IMG/VR virus record: IMGVR_UViG_3300042921_000092
Coordinates: 1 to 46,422 of that record
From: a virus
Taxonomy: Duplodnaviria > Caudoviricetes
DNA: 46,422 nt
Direction: 5' to 3' (one strand)
This document shows positions 17,196 through 27,710 of the stretch, one piece after another. The notes beneath the pieces were generated by a model. The model was not told the origin of the DNA. It saw only the letters and a list, made by a program, of their open reading frames with translations, and did not search any database. The stretch's first letter is position 1. The number at the start of each line of letters is the position of its first letter. The translations under genes were made by a program, and so were the position numbers.

Positions 17196-17837
17196 ATGGC
17201 ATCATCTTCCGAGGTTGTTTCAAAGTCTGAGTTTGCCAGATTGATCGGCGTGTCAAAGGCGCGGGTGTCTCAGTTGATTAGCGAAAGCAAAATCACTGGC
17301 GATGCCATCCAAGGTGAAGGGCGGACAGCAAAGATTGTGGTTGCGGCTGCGATGGTGCAGCTAAAGGCGACGCTCGATCTGGATCAGCGGGCAGCGAATG
17401 GTCGCGCGGACTTAAACACTGTCGACGGCAGTGTTGAAACGCCGTTGCCGACTGAGAATACTTCGGTATTGCGGGCTCCCACCACAGACGATCTCTACAA
17501 GCAGGAACGTCTGCGGAAAATTCAGCATGAAAATGAGGACTTGGAAGAAAAGCGCCGTGAAAAGAAGGGCGTTTACGTCAGGTCCGATGTGATCCGGTCG
17601 ACGGTTTCACGACATGTGGGTTCAATGATTGATGGGTTTGAAGCGGACCTAGCACATTGGGCCGAGGAATTGTCTGCGGAAACTGGCGGTTCGGTCAAGG
17701 AACTCAAACACAAACTCAGGAACCTGTTTCGAGGCACGCGCGAGAAGTTGGCACGGCATAGCCGCGAGCTGCAGAACGAGCTTCCCGATTATGACGAGGA
17801 AGCGATCGACAGCGAGGACGACGCCAGCGCGGTCTGA
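17196..17837 (+). CDS. Terminase small subunit (Nu1-like)
   Basis: N-terminal wHTH SKSEFARLIGVSKARVSQLI, coiled coil; precedes TerL. Confidence 0.85.
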   Translation: MASSSEVVSKSEFARLIGVSKARVSQLISESKITGDAIQGEGRTAKIVVAAAMVQLKATLDLDQRAANGRADLNTVDGSVETPLPTENTSVLRAPTTDDLYKQERLRKIQHENEDLEEKRREKKGVYVRSDVIRSTVSRHVGSMIDGFEADLAHWAEELSAETGGSVKELKHKLRNLFRGTREKLARHSRELQNELPDYDEEAIDSEDDASAV

Positions 17838-17848
17838 ATGGAAACGCG

Positions 17849-19813
17849 ATGGCAATTCTACTACGAAACCCTGATCATTTGATTGCCGATACTTTGGCAA
17901 CCATCCTTGTGCCTGCGCCGCCTGTGGATTTGAACAAGTGGGCGGCGGACAATATTTCGTTTGGGTCTGACAGCCCTTTCCCCGGGCCTTGGAATGGCGA
18001 TCTGTTTCCGTTCTTTTCTGAAATTCTAAGCGCCCTTGGACCGGAAGATCCTTGCCGCATTGTTACGCTTCGTAAATCCGCCCAGATCGGCGGAACCATT
18101 GTTGCGCAAGCTTTCATGCTTGGCACTTCCCTACAGGACCCGGGGTTCTTTCTTTACGTTCACCCTACAGAAGGTAACGCGTCACGTTGGGCCAAGACAA
18201 AACTCCGTCCAATGATCATGAAAATGCCCGCAGCCATGAAGGAGTTTTCCTACGGTCGCAATGAAGGCTCATGGGATTACATCGAGCGCCGCGATATGCG
18301 TGGTGGTATTCAGGTATCTGGCGCATCATCTTCTGCCAGCCTGTCCATGATTTCTATGAAAAGACAAGTGCAGGACGATCTTGCCAAGTGGGAAAACGAC
18401 CCGGTCGCGGGTGATCCGGAAGTTTTAGCAAGTTCTCGATCACAGGCGTTCGAAGACGCGAAAATCTTCAAGAATTCGACGGCTTTGGTTTGGCCGGGGT
18501 GCCGCATCACTCGGAACTATCGGGCAGGATCGCAGGAGAAATTCCACGTTCCTTGTCCGGGCTGTGGCAATTATCATTCACTTGAATGGGAAAACTTCGT
18601 TGTCGATTTTGAAAACCCGGCGAAGTCTCACTTCATCTGTCCTTGCGAAGGTTGCGTAATTGAACAGCGCCACCGTCGGGAAATGGTCAAGCGTGGCAAA
18701 TGGGTGGCGGATCGTCCTGAGAGGAAAGCGTCGCACCGAAGCTTTCATCTTTGGTCCGCATACGCTCCTTTGATGGCTTGGCAACGCATCGCCGAGGAAT
18801 GGATAAGGTCGGCAGGTGATCCAGATTCGGAAAAGACTTTCTTCAATGATGCGCTTGGTCTGCCTTATGAAGTACAAGGCGAAGCGCCGCCATTTGATGA
18901 ACTGAAAAAGCGCGCAGATGCCACCGGTCATCGCCGTGGGATAATCCCTTGGGGTTTCCCGCTTCTTACGCTTGGGGTCGACGTTCAAGGTGATCGCCTC
19001 GAATGGCACCTGCAGGCATTTGGACCCGATCTGAAGAAGGCGACGGTCGATTACGGCAAAGTGGATGGCTTCATCGGCGAAGAGGAAACGCGCAAAAGAC
19101 TTGATGAGTTGATCAAGTCGACCTGGCCTAATGCTGCGGGCAACAGAATAGCTGTCGATATGATGGCGATTGATGGCAACGCATACACCGAGGACGTGTT
19201 TGATTGGGCCAAAAGTCACTCTCGCACAAAGGTAATGGTTATTCGTGGTCGGAAGGGTGAAACCGCCCCTTTGATAGCGGAAATCAAAGACGAAAGGGAC
19301 CGTCGCGGGCGCAAGAAAAAGCGTCGCGGTCGGCCTTTTTACAATCTTTGTGTCAGCAAATTTAAACTCTCGCTTTATCGGAACTTGGAAAAGTCCGACC
19401 CGTTGCAGCGCGGGTATGTTGCGCTTGCCAGCGGTTTTGAGGATGAATGGTTTGAGCAATACACGTCCGAAAAACGCGTTGCAAAGCGGTCCAAAACCCT
19501 CGGTGCGCCGCCAGAATACGTCTGGGTAAAGTCGGACGGTGTTCGCAACGAGGTTCTAGACACGGCAATTTATGGTGAAGCCGCTGCAATCACCAAGGGG
19601 TGGCGCGACATGCCGCCTGAGACTTGGGAAAGATTGCTGCAAGAGCGCGAGATCAGGCCGGTTACTGGGCAGTTGGATATTGAGGATTTGCTGCTCAAAA
19701 CCAATTCCAATCCCGCGCCTGCTCCCCTGCAAACCCAGCCCGCGACAATCAATAAATCTGGGCCTGCTGGCATTTCACCGGCTAGGCGTCGCGCGCTAAA
19801 ATATGCGAGCTGA
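17849..19813 (+). CDS. Terminase large subunit (lambda gpA family)
   Basis: KSAQIGGT Walker A, VPCPGCG, FFNDALGLPY, LTLGVDVQGDRLE, RNEVLDT. Confidence 0.96.
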   Translation: MAILLRNPDHLIADTLATILVPAPPVDLNKWAADNISFGSDSPFPGPWNGDLFPFFSEILSALGPEDPCRIVTLRKSAQIGGTIVAQAFMLGTSLQDPGFFLYVHPTEGNASRWAKTKLRPMIMKMPAAMKEFSYGRNEGSWDYIERRDMRGGIQVSGASSSASLSMISMKRQVQDDLAKWENDPVAGDPEVLASSRSQAFEDAKIFKNSTALVWPGCRITRNYRAGSQEKFHVPCPGCGNYHSLEWENFVVDFENPAKSHFICPCEGCVIEQRHRREMVKRGKWVADRPERKASHRSFHLWSAYAPLMAWQRIAEEWIRSAGDPDSEKTFFNDALGLPYEVQGEAPPFDELKKRADATGHRRGIIPWGFPLLTLGVDVQGDRLEWHLQAFGPDLKKATVDYGKVDGFIGEEETRKRLDELIKSTWPNAAGNRIAVDMMAIDGNAYTEDVFDWAKSHSRTKVMVIRGRKGETAPLIAEIKDERDRRGRKKKRRGRPFYNLCVSKFKLSLYRNLEKSDPLQRGYVALASGFEDEWFEQYTSEKRVAKRSKTLGAPPEYVWVKSDGVRNEVLDTAIYGEAAAITKGWRDMPPETWERLLQEREIRPVTGQLDIEDLLLKTNSNPAPAPLQTQPATINKSGPAGISPARRRALKYAS

Positions 19814-19816
19814 TCA

Positions 19817-20035
19817 ATGGCGACAAAAGAAGAAATGAAATCCGAGCTTGATCAGCTTCTAGGCCGTCGGTCGCAAATCATGACCGACGATTGGATTAGC
19901 GGCGTCGGAAATAATGGTCGATCAGTTCAGTTTGGCGATCGCGTCAAGCAAATAGAACTGATCGATCGTCGTATCAATGAACTGAAGATCGCCTTGGGTA
20001 TTGTGTCGCGCGGGTATCTGGTAGGTCGAAGATGA
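19817..20035 (+). CDS. Head-tail joining protein (gpW-like)
   Basis: 72 aa between TerL and portal; GRSVQF motif. Confidence 0.75.
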   Translation: MATKEEMKSELDQLLGRRSQIMTDDWISGVGNNGRSVQFGDRVKQIELIDRRINELKIALGIVSRGYLVGRR

Positions 20036-21663
20036 GCAATCCGATCACAATTCTTGGGGCGGACGGTTTGCCGATGAAGAAATCGGCATCTTCGTTTGTT
20101 GCGCCTCGATCCGGTGGTTTCGGATCAGTTGGCGGGACACTTGCTGGATGGTCTCCACGACTGCGTGCTGCCGATGATCGGTTCTCGTCTGGTCGTGACC
20201 GTATGGTGGCTCGTGTTCGTGATCTGGTTGATCGAAACGGTTGGTTGTCAGGCGCAGTGCAGCGCCAAGTCGATGAAGCGATTGGCGCGAACTTTCGATT
20301 TAACTGGAACCCTGACCTGCAGTCGCTGGGGTTGGACCGAGATTGGGCCAAGGAATGGGTTGCTCAGACGGAAAATGCTTTTCACAACTATGCCAATGAC
20401 CCTCGCCGTCCTCTTGATGCGGGCGGTCGTTTGAACTTGGCCGGAATTCTAGGGCTGGGCTTTCGCCATCGGATGGGAGAAGGGGACGCAGTTGCACTTG
20501 CGCAGTGGCTACCCAAGCGGCCAGTCACTTATTCAACAGCCATTCAGGTGGTGGACCCGGATCGACTGTCAAATCCGTTTGGTAAATTCAACACGGAAGA
20601 ATTGCGTAACGGTGTCGAGATCAATGGATTTGGTGCGCCTGTTGCCTATCACTTCCGTAGTCGGCATCCGAATGACCCTTGGGCGATCAAAAACCAAAAC
20701 TGGGTTCGGGTAAATGCGCGGACCAAGTGGGGGCGCGCCCGGGTGCTGCACTTCTTCGAAATGGAACAGGCTGGTCAAACCCGGGGACGTGGTTTGCTTG
20801 GCCCCGCTATCGAAAAGTTGAAAGTTGCGGACGACTACGAGCGTTCGGAGCAAGAGGCGGCGCTGATCAACGCAATTTTTGCGGCATTCATCGAAAGTCC
20901 GTTCGACAAGACGATCATGGATGAAGTGACCGAAGATGAGGATGCGATTTCGCGTTATCAGAGAGAGCGCGCTGAGTTCGCTGAAAGCAACCCGGTCCTG
21001 TTTGGTGGGGCAAAGGTTCATCGCCTGTTCGCTGGTGAAAGCTTCAATTTCAATCATGGCAACCGTGATAATGCGGCCTTTCAAGTTTTCATTTCCAATG
21101 CCTTGCGGCATGCGGCGACCGCGCTTGGTCAGTCTTATGAAGAGTTTGCCAACGATTGGTCAGGAACGAACTATTCGTCAGCCCGCGCAGCGATGCTGAA
21201 GTCTTGGAAGTTCCTCACGACACGGCGCGGTCACTTCGCAAATGGTTTTGCGACGCCCATTTTTGCGCTTTGGCTGGAGGAACATATCAGCAAGGGCAAG
21301 ATTGATCTGCCTGCTGGCGCCCCTTCATTCTGGGAAAATCCGGCAGCTTGGTGTCGTGGAAGCTGGATCGGTCCCGGTCGTGGATGGGTTGATCCGGTTA
21401 AAGAGGCAAATGCTTCTCAAATCCGCATGGAAAACAACCTATCGACATTGCAAACCGAAGCCGCCGAACAGGGTGCGGACTATCGCGAAATCTTGGATCA
21501 GCGGGCTCGTGAGCGGGATGAATTCGAGGAACGTGGCCTTGCGTACCCCGGAGGGGACCAATCGCAGGTTACATATGTCGAAGATCAGAATGGCGACACT
21601 GTAAGCGCGCACGTTTCTCGGCTGGAAGATATCGGTCGGCGCGCCCAGATGCGGAGAAAATAA
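20032..21663 (+). CDS. Portal protein (lambda gpB family)
   Basis: R.RDL.RNG, GQTRG, NYSSARAAML, GWVDPVKE. Confidence 0.96.
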   Translation: MSNPITILGADGLPMKKSASSFVAPRSGGFGSVGGTLAGWSPRLRAADDRFSSGRDRMVARVRDLVDRNGWLSGAVQRQVDEAIGANFRFNWNPDLQSLGLDRDWAKEWVAQTENAFHNYANDPRRPLDAGGRLNLAGILGLGFRHRMGEGDAVALAQWLPKRPVTYSTAIQVVDPDRLSNPFGKFNTEELRNGVEINGFGAPVAYHFRSRHPNDPWAIKNQNWVRVNARTKWGRARVLHFFEMEQAGQTRGRGLLGPAIEKLKVADDYERSEQEAALINAIFAAFIESPFDKTIMDEVTEDEDAISRYQRERAEFAESNPVLFGGAKVHRLFAGESFNFNHGNRDNAAFQVFISNALRHAATALGQSYEEFANDWSGTNYSSARAAMLKSWKFLTTRRGHFANGFATPIFALWLEEHISKGKIDLPAGAPSFWENPAAWCRGSWIGPGRGWVDPVKEANASQIRMENNLSTLQTEAAEQGADYREILDQRARERDEFEERGLAYPGGDQSQVTYVEDQNGDTVSAHVSRLEDIGRRAQMRRK

Positions 21664-21665
21664 GG

Positions 21666-22973
21666 ATGTCTGCAATTTTTGCGAACCTTTGGGGGCGACT
21701 GATTGGTCGCCCCCTTCTTGTTACGCCGGAATGCGCCCGTGATTTGACCGCCTATTTGATGGGACGGTCTAATTTGTCCAATGGCTTTATCGTCGAAAAT
21801 GATGCCGTTCATGCGGTCAGCGATTTGATGGCGGGTGTTACCAGCATCAAAGCGCGATCCGACCACACTGATCAATTTTATCGAGTGATTGATGGTGTTG
21901 CCATCGTCCCGGTTCGCGGCACGCTGGTTCAACGGCTCGGCCTTCACCCGTATTGTGGAATGACGGGATATGACGGGATTGCTCGCAAGGTTGATCAGGC
22001 TGTAGGTGACAGTTCGGTTAAAGGCATCATGCTCGAAATCGACAGTCCGGGCGGGGAAGTTGCGGGCGTTTTAGAGCTTGGTGAAACCATTCGTGCCGCG
22101 CGTGAAAAAAAGCCGGTATGGGCAGTGGCCGACGAAAAGGCTTATAGCGCTGGCTACTGGGTGGGGGCGCAAGCAACCCGGTTGATAGTTCCAAAGACAG
22201 GTGGTGTCGGCTCGATAGGCGTCATCACCATGCATGCGGACTATTCCGAGCGTCTCAAGGGCGACGGGGTTAAGGTCACGATAATTTCCGCAGGGGCGCA
22301 CAAAGCAGATGGAAATCCGTTCCAACCTTTGCCGGACGATGTTCGCGATCGTGTTGCGGCGGAAGTAGAAGCAACCCGTCAATTGTTCGCGCAAGAAGTG
22401 GTCAAGGGGCGATCCAATCTTTCGGTTGAAGATGTTCTTGCGACCGAGGCGCAAAGTTATGCCGCTGAAGAAGCGGTCGAAATTGGGCTGGTCGATGGTG
22501 TCCAGTCCAGTAAGTCGGCAATGGCCGACTTCATTGCAACGCTGTCCGGACGGACAGTAATTGGCCCTATTCAAAGCAAAGGTGCTTCTGAAATGGATAA
22601 ACCGAACGACGATAACCGTCCGGATGCGATTGATCCGGGCGCAACCGAGGCGAACGTTGCTAACGCGACCCAGTCTGCGGCGAGTGCTTCGGATGAGCGC
22701 AAACGAATTGCGGGAATTCTGAGCAGCAAAGAGGCGGATGGTCGCAAGGATCTCGCGGAACATCTTGCTTACAATACCGACCTTTCGGTCGAAGCGGCAA
22801 CGGCGATGCTCTCCAAAGCGCCGGTCGCCAAGGCAGACATTCTGTCCGATGCGATGGCCGGTGAGCCGAACTCGGTCATTGGTGATGAAGGCGAACCGCC
22901 CCGTGAACCAAGCAAGGCCGAGAATCTTGCCGCGAATTTTGCGGCAATGACCGGTCGTAAACCGAAAGGATGA
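21666..22973 (+). CDS. S49 head maturation protease with C-terminal scaffold (gpC/Nu3-like)
   Basis: IDSPGGEV, AYSAGY, VGSIGV, AGAHKADGNP; internal ATG at 22593 with AAAGG RBS may give a scaffold protein. Confidence 0.93.
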   Translation: MSAIFANLWGRLIGRPLLVTPECARDLTAYLMGRSNLSNGFIVENDAVHAVSDLMAGVTSIKARSDHTDQFYRVIDGVAIVPVRGTLVQRLGLHPYCGMTGYDGIARKVDQAVGDSSVKGIMLEIDSPGGEVAGVLELGETIRAAREKKPVWAVADEKAYSAGYWVGAQATRLIVPKTGGVGSIGVITMHADYSERLKGDGVKVTIISAGAHKADGNPFQPLPDDVRDRVAAEVEATRQLFAQEVVKGRSNLSVEDVLATEAQSYAAEEAVEIGLVDGVQSSKSAMADFIATLSGRTVIGPIQSKGASEMDKPNDDNRPDAIDPGATEANVANATQSAASASDERKRIAGILSSKEADGRKDLAEHLAYNTDLSVEAATAMLSKAPVAKADILSDAMAGEPNSVIGDEGEPPREPSKAENLAANFAAMTGRKPKG

Positions 22974-22977
22974 TGAA

Positions 22978-23319
22978 ATGACTACCCATACATACATCCC
23001 TGAAAACCTGATCGCCGGTGATTACCCGGCAATGACGGAGCCAGAGATCATTGCGACGGGCCAGGTGTTAAAGCGGGGTGCTTTGCTGGGCCGCAGTACA
23101 GCGACCGGGAAGCTGCATCTGTCGGCTTCGGCGGCAGCAGACGGAACGGAAAAACCGATCGGTATTCTGGTTGCCGCCATGGACACGACTGGCGGGGATG
23201 CCGAGGGTCCGGTCTACAAGTCCGGAATTTATCATTATAGCGGGCTTGAAGTTGGCGCCGGTTGGGACAAGTCGTCCCTTCGCGCGGCGCTTGATGGCAC
23301 CCCGCTGTTTGCTGTTTGA
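22978..23319 (+). CDS. Head decoration protein (gpD-like)
   Basis: GQVLKRGALLG, DGTEKPIGIL, YKSG. Confidence 0.88.
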   Translation: MTTHTYIPENLIAGDYPAMTEPEIIATGQVLKRGALLGRSTATGKLHLSASAAADGTEKPIGILVAAMDTTGGDAEGPVYKSGIYHYSGLEVGAGWDKSSLRAALDGTPLFAV

Positions 23320-23332
23320 TCGGGGAACCGAA

Positions 23333-24352
23333 ATGGATATCTATTCAACTACCGAGTTGCTTGGCCTTCTTCGCCTGTTTGAAGCGCCGGATGTTTTCAT
23401 TCTTGATCGCTATTTTCCGGGGTCTGTGACTTCTACCAAGTCGGAAATTGCTCTGGACAAAATAATCAAGAATAAGAAGCTGGCTCCGTTTGTCCTGCCC
23501 ACGGCAAAAGCCAAGGCGGGCATCCGTGAAGGTTATAGCACAATGACTTTCACCCCGGCGACGCTTAAGCCGATGGATGTTGTTGATCCCGAGCGGCTGA
23601 TTAAACGTATGGCTGGTGAAGCGATCGGCGCGGGGTCTCTCGATCCAGCAGCTCGGCGTGATGCAATCATTGGCGAAATTCTGATGGAGCATCGTGATCA
23701 GATCACGCGTCGTTGCCTTTGGATGGCGTGGCAGCTCTTGCGGACTGGGCAGGTTGTTGTCGAAGGACCTGAATATCCTTCCATGACCGTCGACTATAAC
23801 CGTGATCCGCTGTTGACCAAGGCGCTTATCCCTGCCGATCTTTGGTCGGTTGAAGGTGCCGATATTGTCGGCGATCTGGAAAACTGGGCCGCAGACATCC
23901 AGCTCAAGTCCGGCGCCATCGCTCTTGATGTGTTCCTGAGTCCGACGGTTTGGAACGTCGTTCGTAAGAACGCTGGCATTAAAGAGCTTGTGGAAACCCG
24001 TCGTGGCAGCTCCAGTACTGCAGAGCTTGGTCCGGTATCGGTTAAATCTGTTCGCCGTGTCGGTGAAATGGGTGACTTCACATTCTATGTGTATGCCGAA
24101 ACCTATCAGGATGATTCTGGCAGCGAAGTTCCCTATCTGGGGGCTAACGAAATCGTCATTACGGGTCAGGCAATCGAAGGCACCAAGGCGCACGGCGCTA
24201 TTCTGGACAAAGGTGCCGGTTATCAGCCAATGGAAATCTTCCCGAAAATGATCACGGAAGAAAACCCGTCGGTAGAATCGGTGCTTACCCAGTCGCGTCC
24301 GCTGATTGTTCCGGGCAATGTCAACGCGTCGCTCTGTGCGACGGTGCTGTAA
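23333..24352 (+). CDS. Major capsid protein (lambda gpE family)
   Basis: MDIYST.EL, LAPFV.P, FTPA.LKP, LTQSRPLIVP. Confidence 0.95.
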   Translation: MDIYSTTELLGLLRLFEAPDVFILDRYFPGSVTSTKSEIALDKIIKNKKLAPFVLPTAKAKAGIREGYSTMTFTPATLKPMDVVDPERLIKRMAGEAIGAGSLDPAARRDAIIGEILMEHRDQITRRCLWMAWQLLRTGQVVVEGPEYPSMTVDYNRDPLLTKALIPADLWSVEGADIVGDLENWAADIQLKSGAIALDVFLSPTVWNVVRKNAGIKELVETRRGSSSTAELGPVSVKSVRRVGEMGDFTFYVYAETYQDDSGSEVPYLGANEIVITGQAIEGTKAHGAILDKGAGYQPMEIFPKMITEENPSVESVLTQSRPLIVPGNVNASLCATVL

Positions 24353-24362
24353 GGTGGGTGAA

Positions 24363-24737
24363 ATGGCTGTGAAGAAAATGACAGTTATCCCGACCAAAAC
24401 GCTTGAAGGTCGGGACAAAAAGTCAGGTGAGCGTATCATCCACTTGGCGGGTGTGCCGGTTGATATGAACTCAACCGAGGCAGCATCAATGATCGAAAAG
24501 GGGTTGGCGGTAAAGGGGGTGGATGCAATTGCGCCGGTTGCCCCAACCCCTGACCCGGCTATTGCGACGATTGATCAAATTGTCACAGCGATTGAAGGTC
24601 TCAAGGACGAGGATTTCACTTCCGATGGTCGTCCGTCGGTCGAGGCGCTTGAAGCTATCACAGGGCTTGAAGTCACGGGCAAACAGCGTGACAAGGCTTG
24701 GGATCAGTATACAAAGGCAACCAAAAAGCAGGACTGA
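24363..24737 (+). CDS. FI-like packaging/head accessory protein
   Basis: Position after MCP; DFTSDGRPSVEALE..G..VT..QRD.AW. Confidence 0.6.
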   Translation: MAVKKMTVIPTKTLEGRDKKSGERIIHLAGVPVDMNSTEAASMIEKGLAVKGVDAIAPVAPTPDPAIATIDQIVTAIEGLKDEDFTSDGRPSVEALEAITGLEVTGKQRDKAWDQYTKATKKQD

Positions 24738-24758
24738 TCTAGTCCTGTTTAAATGATC

Positions 24759-24789
24759 AAAGCACTCGCCTTCGGGCGAGTGCTTTTTT
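24759..24789 (+). terminator. Intrinsic terminator after capsid genes
   Basis: AAAGCACTCGCC-TTCG-GGCGAGTGCTTT then T-run. Confidence 0.9.
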
Positions 24790-24804
24790 GTTTGGTAATT
24801 TTCA

Positions 24805-25128
24805 ATGATCGATTTTGACCGACTTTTGAATCGACCGGTATCCCGTGTGCTGGGGCAGGTCGCTGTCATCCGCCATAAAACCGGGGAACCATCGACCGTC
24901 GAAAAGTTTGATTTCCGGCAGGGCGCGGCGCCCGAAGATGGCGGCGGCGAGGCCGAGTTTCAGGCTTTCGAGTTTACTGGTGGGTTTCGCAAGGAAGAGG
25001 CGCCCCAGACAAAGCATGGCGATTTTGTTGACGTTGCCGGGGCGACCTACACGGTTGCGGCGATTGATCCCGATGATACGGGGTGGATCACGGTTGGCCT
25101 GATGGCGGGCGAGGTGCGCAATGTCTGA
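24805..25128 (+). CDS. Head-tail joining protein (FII-like)
   Basis: 107 aa, GD.V.V.G.TY.V..IDPD.TGW.. Confidence 0.75.
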   Translation: MIDFDRLLNRPVSRVLGQVAVIRHKTGEPSTVEKFDFRQGAAPEDGGGEAEFQAFEFTGGFRKEEAPQTKHGDFVDVAGATYTVAAIDPDDTGWITVGLMAGEVRNV

Positions 25129-25612
25129 ATACTTATCGCGATGGGCATTGATGCAGGCCGTCAAGGATCGGTTGGAAGTCAAGCCGGATCGGCCTGAGAT
25201 CGTTATTGGTCGGATCAGCGAAATTTCTGCTGAAGGCTTGCCCGCAATTTCGATCTATGCGCCGGTCGACAGCATGGAACCGACGGGGTCGTTCTGGAAC
25301 TTCAATGCATCGGTCAATCTGAACATTGAAGTGCATTGTCAGGTTGCCGAGGACTGGTGTGCTGCGGCCGAACAAGAGACCCAATCCATCATTACCACCC
25401 TGTTTGCCGACGGTTCGTTCCGCAAGCTTTGGAAGAAGCCGCCGTCAATATCCATCAAACAATTCATGAGTGACAAAGGCGGGCCGCTGGTCGGCGAAAT
25501 TATCACCATGTCGGGCGAATTACTGCGCCCGCGTGTGATTTCAATCGATGCTGGTGAATTGCAGGGCATCGATATCGAGCAAGGAGCGATCGATAATGAA
25601 AGTGCAGGTTAA
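25121..25612 (+). CDS. Putative tail terminator/neck protein
   Basis: LPAISIY motif, position before sheath. Confidence 0.6.
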   Translation: MSEYLSRWALMQAVKDRLEVKPDRPEIVIGRISEISAEGLPAISIYAPVDSMEPTGSFWNFNASVNLNIEVHCQVAEDWCAAAEQETQSIITTLFADGSFRKLWKKPPSISIKQFMSDKGGPLVGEIITMSGELLRPRVISIDAGELQGIDIEQGAIDNESAG

Positions 25613-25823
25613 TCCGGCCAGCGAGGTCAATGGCCAGCCGTTGCGGGTGATGAACCCGGAAACCGGGAAGTATTTCCCTAACGGTTCGTTCGATTTGACC
25701 GAGCGGCAACTTCGCAATCCCAAAATCCTCCGTTTGCTGCCGCCTGTTTCGGCGGGTGGCGTTCCGGGCGGTCTTTTCGGTGATCTGGTCCCTGTTGCCG
25801 CCAAGGCCGAGAAAAAAGGGTAA
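25596..25823 (+). CDS. DUF2635-like small tail protein
   Basis: Small ORF immediately before Mu-type sheath; V.NPETG..P..G. Confidence 0.6.
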   Translation: MKVQVNPASEVNGQPLRVMNPETGKYFPNGSFDLTERQLRNPKILRLLPPVSAGGVPGGLFGDLVPVAAKAEKKG

Positions 25824-25826
25824 GTC

Positions 25827-27335
25827 ATGGCTATTCCAAATGAGAGCTTTAACGAAATCGCCATTAACGCGCGGGTCGCAGGTAAATACATTGAAACCAG
25901 CGGTTCGCGCGTGAATGGGCTGGTTTCAAACCATGTTGCCTTGCTGATCGGTCAAAGTTTGGCTTCTGGTTCCGCAAATGACGCCGAACTATTGCTTGTG
26001 CCGGGCACTGGCGCCGCTGCTGGCGAGATGTTCGGCAAGGGGGCGAACCTGGCATTGATGGTCGAGGCGTATCGCCAGAACAATACGACCATGACGCTTT
26101 ATGCCATTGCACTTCCTGATCTGGTTGCGGGTGTGAAAGCGTCTGTTGCGATGACATTCACCGGCGCCGCAACCGAAAGCCGTGCTTTGGCTGTCTATGT
26201 TGCGGGTGTGCGGGTGTTTGTGCCGGTGGTTACCGATGATACGCCCGCTGATGTAGCAGCGTCCGTGGCTGCTGCGATTACTGCATTGCCGAATCTGCCG
26301 GTTACGGCGACGGCGACGGCTGGTGTCGTAACTTTCGAAGCAAAAAATGCGGGTGAAATAGGAAACGATATTCGCATTCAGGTTGCATTGCGCGGCGTCA
26401 TGTCCGGTGAAAAGGTTCCTGCAGGTATTTCCATTGCGGTGCCAAACTCCGGGTTTTTGCAAAACGGTTCGGGAAATCCGGATATTGCTGGCGCACTCGC
26501 GGCGATCGGTTCTCAGAAAGTCAACTATGTTGGCTTCCCTTGGACCGATGGCGGCACGCTAGATGCCATTTCAGAGTGGCTTGAGGGGCAGCAAAAAGCA
26601 GGCGTCGAAAATGATGTCAAAGGCTTCACGGCGCGTCGCGGCACGGTTAGTGAGCTGTTGACTTTTGGAACGTCGCGCAATGACCGCTTTGTCTCCACCA
26701 TCGGCACCTATGATGCGCCGGGGCCTGCATGGATGCGTGCCGCCCGATATGCCGGGCAGATGTCGGGCAAGCTTTTCAACCATCCGGCTCGTCCACTTGC
26801 CGGTGTCGAACTGGTCGGCGAAATGGCGCCACCGGAAAAAAGCCGGTTGGAATACACCGACAAAAACACCCTGATGTTTGCAGGGATCACGGTCACTGAT
26901 GAAGGTCGCGATGGCAAGGTTCGTCTGAACATGCCGATCACGATGTATCAGACCAATGAGTTTGGTGACCTTTCCGAGGCTTATTTGCTGGTCAATACGG
27001 TTGCGCAGCTTGGGCGGATTCGGGATGAACTTGGTAGCGTCCTTAATGGCATTCGGATGTTGCGTCCGATCCTTGTTGATGACGGAACGCAAGTTGATGA
27101 CGGTATTCCGTATGTGACGCCGCGCTCCGTTCGGGCCTCTCTGATTGCCCATTACGATTATATGGTTGGTCTGGGGCTGGTCGAGGATGTTGATGGATTT
27201 GCCGAGCGGTTGGAAGTGTCCAAATCGCCGACCAACTCCTATCGGCTCAACATCATCTATCGCCCGGACCTTTCCAACCCGCTTTATCTTCTCGCTGCCA
27301 AGATCGAGTTCGAACTCGATTTTCGCGATTTCTGA
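25827..27335 (+). CDS. Contractile tail sheath protein (Mu gpL family)
   Basis: ALLIGQ, FG.G..LA.M, AKNAG..GNDI, PARPL..L.G. Confidence 0.95.
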   Translation: MAIPNESFNEIAINARVAGKYIETSGSRVNGLVSNHVALLIGQSLASGSANDAELLLVPGTGAAAGEMFGKGANLALMVEAYRQNNTTMTLYAIALPDLVAGVKASVAMTFTGAATESRALAVYVAGVRVFVPVVTDDTPADVAASVAAAITALPNLPVTATATAGVVTFEAKNAGEIGNDIRIQVALRGVMSGEKVPAGISIAVPNSGFLQNGSGNPDIAGALAAIGSQKVNYVGFPWTDGGTLDAISEWLEGQQKAGVENDVKGFTARRGTVSELLTFGTSRNDRFVSTIGTYDAPGPAWMRAARYAGQMSGKLFNHPARPLAGVELVGEMAPPEKSRLEYTDKNTLMFAGITVTDEGRDGKVRLNMPITMYQTNEFGDLSEAYLLVNTVAQLGRIRDELGSVLNGIRMLRPILVDDGTQVDDGIPYVTPRSVRASLIAHYDYMVGLGLVEDVDGFAERLEVSKSPTNSYRLNIIYRPDLSNPLYLLAAKIEFELDFRDF

Positions 27336-27350
27336 TCGGGGGATTGATCA

Positions 27351-27710
27351 ATGACGACAGTTGCAGGGGTGCAGTCCCTTGAAGTGGGCGGTGTTTCATA
27401 TAACACCGCCGATACTGCCACCTATAATCTGGGCGGCAAGCAGCGCGAAAATATCGAAGGCGGCGGTTCCGGTTCGGTCGGTTGGACGGAAAAGGGGCGT
27501 CCGGCCTTTATCGAAGTGAAGGTGTTTCTTCCCGAGGGCGTGGATGACTCTGTTTTCACCGGTGTGAAGCGCAAAGAAATCAAGCTGCATTGCGCCGATC
27601 GCACGGTTGTTATGAAGTTCGGAACCGAAATGGGTTCCGGTGACAACGATGCGTCGGATAACAGTCTCACAGCCCGTTTTGTCGGGCCAAGTGCAAGGGT
27701 GGTTTCGTGA
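27351..27710 (+). CDS. Tail tube protein (Mu gpM family)
   Basis: 119 aa after sheath; GG..RE...G....G..E....AFIE. Confidence 0.85.
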   Translation: MTTVAGVQSLEVGGVSYNTADTATYNLGGKQRENIEGGGSGSVGWTEKGRPAFIEVKVFLPEGVDDSVFTGVKRKEIKLHCADRTVVMKFGTEMGSGDNDASDNSLTARFVGPSARVVS